Below are positions 61,209-64,000 of a DNA stretch of 64,000 nucleotides, one piece after another; positions within the stretch are counted from its first letter, which is position 1, and each line of letters starts with the position of its first letter. The translations under genes and the position numbers were made by a program. The DNA comes from Candidatus Dojkabacteria bacterium (lineage in GTDB: Bacteria > Patescibacteriota > Dojkabacteria > J137): contig JBGSZB010000036.1 of NCBI GenBank assembly GCA_041750555.1, positions 17,473-81,472 on the forward strand, written 5' to 3'. A model generated the notes under the pieces. The model made no database searches and had not been told where the DNA came from. It worked only from the letters and a program-made list of their open reading frames with translations.

Positions 61209-61955
61209 TTAAAGTTTATCTTTAACTAAATTAAAAAATATCTCTTCAATTGTTTCTAACTTATATTTCTTTTTTAAATCTAAAACATTACCTGAATCTA
61301 ATACTTTACCCCTATGAAGTATTGCTACATCATCACAAAGTTCTTCAGCATCACTCATTATATGTGTACTGTATAAAATTATTTTATTCTCTTTTTTTAA
61401 TTCAAGTATTTGGTCTTTAACAGCCCTAGATGCAAATATATCTAATCCATTAGTTACTTCATCAAAAACTAATACTTCAGGGTTAGTTACTAATGCTCTT
61501 GCAATTGATACTTTTTGTTTCATTCCTGTAGAAAAGTTAACACATGTATCGTTTAAAAAATCATTCATCCCTAATTTATTAGATAACTCACTTATTTTTT
61601 CCTCTAGTTCCCTATTTTTTAATCCAGAAAATTCTCCAAATAGTCTCATCATTTCGTAAGGAGTTAATCTATCATATACCTGTGTTTCTCCAGATACAAA
61701 GCTTACTCTTTTTCTAAGGTTTTTAATTTTTTTATATGATTCGTTATTTAAAAATATCTCACCACTTTGAGGAAATGTTAAATTAGCAATAATTCTCATA
61801 GTTGTAGTTTTACCAGCACCATTAGCTCCAATTAAACCAAATATTTTACCCCTACTTGATTTAAAACTTACATCTGTTATTCCAACTCTAGATTTCTCTT
61901 TAGTCTTTTTATCAACTCTATTAAATTGTTTTGTTAAGTTTTTAACTTCTAACAT
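61209..61955 (-). CDS. NatA-like ABC ATP-binding protein
   Basis: GANGAGKTT, FSTGMKQK, FDEVTNGLD. Confidence 0.92.
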   Translation of the reverse strand: MLEVKNLTKQFNRVDKKTKEKSRVGITDVSFKSSRGKIFGLIGANGAGKTTTMRIIANLTFPQSGEIFLNNESYKKIKNLRKRVSFVSGETQVYDRLTPYEMMRLFGEFSGLKNRELEEKISELSNKLGMNDFLNDTCVNFSTGMKQKVSIARALVTNPEVLVFDEVTNGLDIFASRAVKDQILELKKENKIILYSTHIMSDAEELCDDVAILHRGKVLDSGNVLDLKKKYKLETIEEIFFNLVKDKL

Positions 61956-62014
61956 ATGGAATATTAATTCTATGTATTATAATACTAAAGTTAATTAGTT
62001 GTTAAATTATTGTT

Positions 62015-62398
62015 ATGTCTAAATTAAGTAAGGTTAAAAGAGTGTATAAAAATAGTTTTGTTGATGAGTTTAAAGAGTTTGCTTTTAAAGGTAATTTAAT
62101 AGAACTCGCTGTAGGTATTATTATTGGTACTGCATTTAATAAGTTAGTTCAATCATTAATTACTGATATTATTATGCCACCAATTGGTAAATTATTAGGT
62201 AATACATCATTTAGTAATTTATACATTAATTTAAGTGATACAACTTATTCATCACTAAATGATGCTATAGAAGCTGGAGCTCCTGTTATTAAGTATGGTT
62301 TATTTATTAATGAATTAATTAACTTTATAATATTAGCTATAACTGTATTCTTAGTTATTAAGTTTGTATTAAGGGTTAAGAGAGAGGAGAAAGAATAG
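62015..62398 (+). CDS. mscL: Large-conductance mechanosensitive channel
   Basis: EFKEFAFKGNLIELAVGIIIGTAF, DIIMP, YGLFIN. Confidence 0.96.
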   Translation: MSKLSKVKRVYKNSFVDEFKEFAFKGNLIELAVGIIIGTAFNKLVQSLITDIIMPPIGKLLGNTSFSNLYINLSDTTYSSLNDAIEAGAPVIKYGLFINELINFIILAITVFLVIKFVLRVKREEKE

Positions 62399-62423
62399 TA
62401 ATTTTATTTTTTAGTATAAAATC

Positions 62424-63026
62424 ATGAAACTAAATCAACAGATTGAGGGTGGAGGATTACAATCGAGTATTAATACTCTTAGAGAGAAGTTTAATACAGT
62501 GCCAAGAGATTTAACGCCTCAGGAGTCAACTTTGTTTCAAGGATTAGTTAACATAGCAGATGGATTATTGGATCAACTTGCTAATTTAGATAGCTTGACT
62601 GACGAAGAAGTTGAACGACTTCAGGGAACTTTAAAAGTATCAATTAATCAAGGTTTAAGTTCAACTATACCTGATTATATATATAGAAGTAAATTCAATC
62701 TAGGTACTTCGCCAATAGTTCTTAAACAATACATTGAGTTAATTAATAATTATTTAATGATTATTATTAATGAATTTGATTTCGGATACGATTTTGATAG
62801 AGTTACTGATTTGTTATCAGCTCTACATGATAACCTTGAAGACCTTACCAAATTGAATAACGAACAAGTTTCAGATATATTTAATTTATTAGAAAAAATA
62901 AAGCCACCTTTAGATGAACTTTTCGAAGTAAAATTCGGAGGTATTTTAGGAGATTTTTTTAAAAATTCATTAGTAAATATTGCTAATAGACTTACTAAAA
63001 TCAAAATTCAAAGAAGACTTTTTTAA
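62424..63026 (+). CDS. Hypothetical helical orphan
   Basis: 200 aa ORF. Confidence 0.6.
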   Translation: MKLNQQIEGGGLQSSINTLREKFNTVPRDLTPQESTLFQGLVNIADGLLDQLANLDSLTDEEVERLQGTLKVSINQGLSSTIPDYIYRSKFNLGTSPIVLKQYIELINNYLMIIINEFDFGYDFDRVTDLLSALHDNLEDLTKLNNEQVSDIFNLLEKIKPPLDELFEVKFGGILGDFFKNSLVNIANRLTKIKIQRRLF

Positions 63027-63101
63027 GGAATAGTATAAATGAAATCAATATAGGTTAGTATTATTTAATTTATGGTATATTAATTTAGTTAAATATTGTT
63101 T

Positions 63102-63890
63102 ATGAGTAATAGTAAAGATTTAGAAACAAGGTCTTTGGACACTTTGATATTAGATAATATTAGGGGTTTGACTATGAATGAGTTGAGAGAATCTTGTAGC
63201 TCATTAGTTAATCAAGTTTTATCTAAATTGGAGCAAAGTGATTTTAAAGATGCACATCCTATATATTCTCTTTACAGAGACTTTCTGGTTGCACAATTCA
63301 CAAAATATTCCAGTGATATTTCATCTGGTCGATACGATAATTATAGAGACTTACTTGAAAAAGTTTATGCAACAGCTTATAAAGCTTACTCCGAAAATAT
63401 ATATGACAGTTACATGGTTGATATTGATACTTATTTGAAATCAAAAAATAAAGCTCAGATCCAAGAAGATCCAGATTATCTAGATGATTTTTTATATATG
63501 ATTCTAGAGTATTTTGAAAATGGCTTTGATGAGATTGTGGATTATATTGAGTCAATGGGTAAAGTTATGTTTATTTCTAGGCAAGATCTTTCTAATTTGA
63601 TTCTAAATATAAGGGCATTTAAAAGGAAAAGAGGTCGAGTAACCTCATCATCTCTTGAAGTTTCTCCAGATGTTCTTTTTATGAAAGAAAACTTCTCGGA
63701 CTTTAACCTAGTGAGTAGAAGTATCTATGAAGGGTTATTTCAGATAAGAGAATATTTAGTTAATATAATAAATAAGAAATTTAAAGGCGATTTGTTTGCA
63801 AATCTATTAAATGCTTCAATGTTACAGGATACTCAATTTGAATTACATTATCTAAAGAGATTGCTGGAAAGAGAAAGAGAAGCAGCATAA
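63102..63890 (+). CDS. Hypothetical helical orphan
   Basis: ATG at 63102 within the 63096 ORF. Confidence 0.6.
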   Translation: MSNSKDLETRSLDTLILDNIRGLTMNELRESCSSLVNQVLSKLEQSDFKDAHPIYSLYRDFLVAQFTKYSSDISSGRYDNYRDLLEKVYATAYKAYSENIYDSYMVDIDTYLKSKNKAQIQEDPDYLDDFLYMILEYFENGFDEIVDYIESMGKVMFISRQDLSNLILNIRAFKRKRGRVTSSSLEVSPDVLFMKENFSDFNLVSRSIYEGLFQIREYLVNIINKKFKGDLFANLLNASMLQDTQFELHYLKRLLEREREAA

Positions 63891-63893
63891 TTT

Positions 63894-63998
63894 CTAGGAA
63901 GTTTTTACAGTTAAACTTATTCCTATAATACTCCCTAGTAAGTTACTACCTAAATCTAACCATGTATCATAGATACTGTTGTTAAATATTAAGTTAAA
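63894..63998 (-). CDS. 3' end of a membrane protein running off the window (VanZ/DUF2238-like ending)
   Basis: FNLIFNNSIYDTWLDLGSNLLGSIIGISLTVKTS*. Confidence 0.45.
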   Translation of the reverse strand, partial: FNLIFNNSIYDTWLDLGSNLLGSIIGISLTVKTS

Positions 63999-64000
63999 TT

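Noticed and set aside
3134-63555. Short antisense or nested ORFs in the ORF track (e.g. 3134, 4582, 10083, 22419, 42339, 48550, 50992, 53709, 63238)
   Set aside because: Shadows of well-supported genes, with no motifs of their own
1-64000. CRISPR array, rRNA, IS element or integron
   Set aside because: No regularly spaced repeats, rRNA-like sequence, transposase, integrase or attC-like sites seen
1-64000. TGA recoding (genetic code 4 or 25)
   Set aside because: Conserved genes are full length under code 11 and TGA serves as a stop (e.g. 28381, 32686, 59535)

Overview
Very AT-rich, gene-dense bacterial chromosome segment using genetic code 11. Gene style (few Shine-Dalgarno sites, Pro-rich single-TM surface proteins, PEGA/cohesin/dockerin/PsbP-like proteins, many orphans) suggests a CPR/Patescibacteria genome, possibly Dojkabacteria-like; this is inference. 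Housekeeping genes include dnaE (3' end), metG, cysS, gatA, rsmE, efp-epmA, pepF, tkt, radA, ddl, murF, umuC, rarA, umuD, mscL, ABC transporters and tRNA-Gly(TCC). Main discoveries: (1) two unannotated leader-peptide attenuators, a Met-Met leader before metG and an Ile-Ile-Ile leader before a ParB/Srx-fold orphan; (2) an ~11 kb minus-strand locus (22.4-33.6 kb) with a putative divergent N-acyl-amino-acid/LuxI-like synthase, a 7TM-GAF histidine kinase, three XRE-MmyB regulators, a repeated TGTAT-N4-ATACA palindrome, and a secreted fibre/CHAP-amidase operon; (3) a cohesin anchor plus dockerin-protease pair; (4) a four-gene array of small helical paralogs; (5) a candidate SOS-like operator at umuC/umuD; (6) a degenerate thymidine kinase; (7) a frameshifted natB-like permease. 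All domain calls come from visual motif recognition, not database searches.
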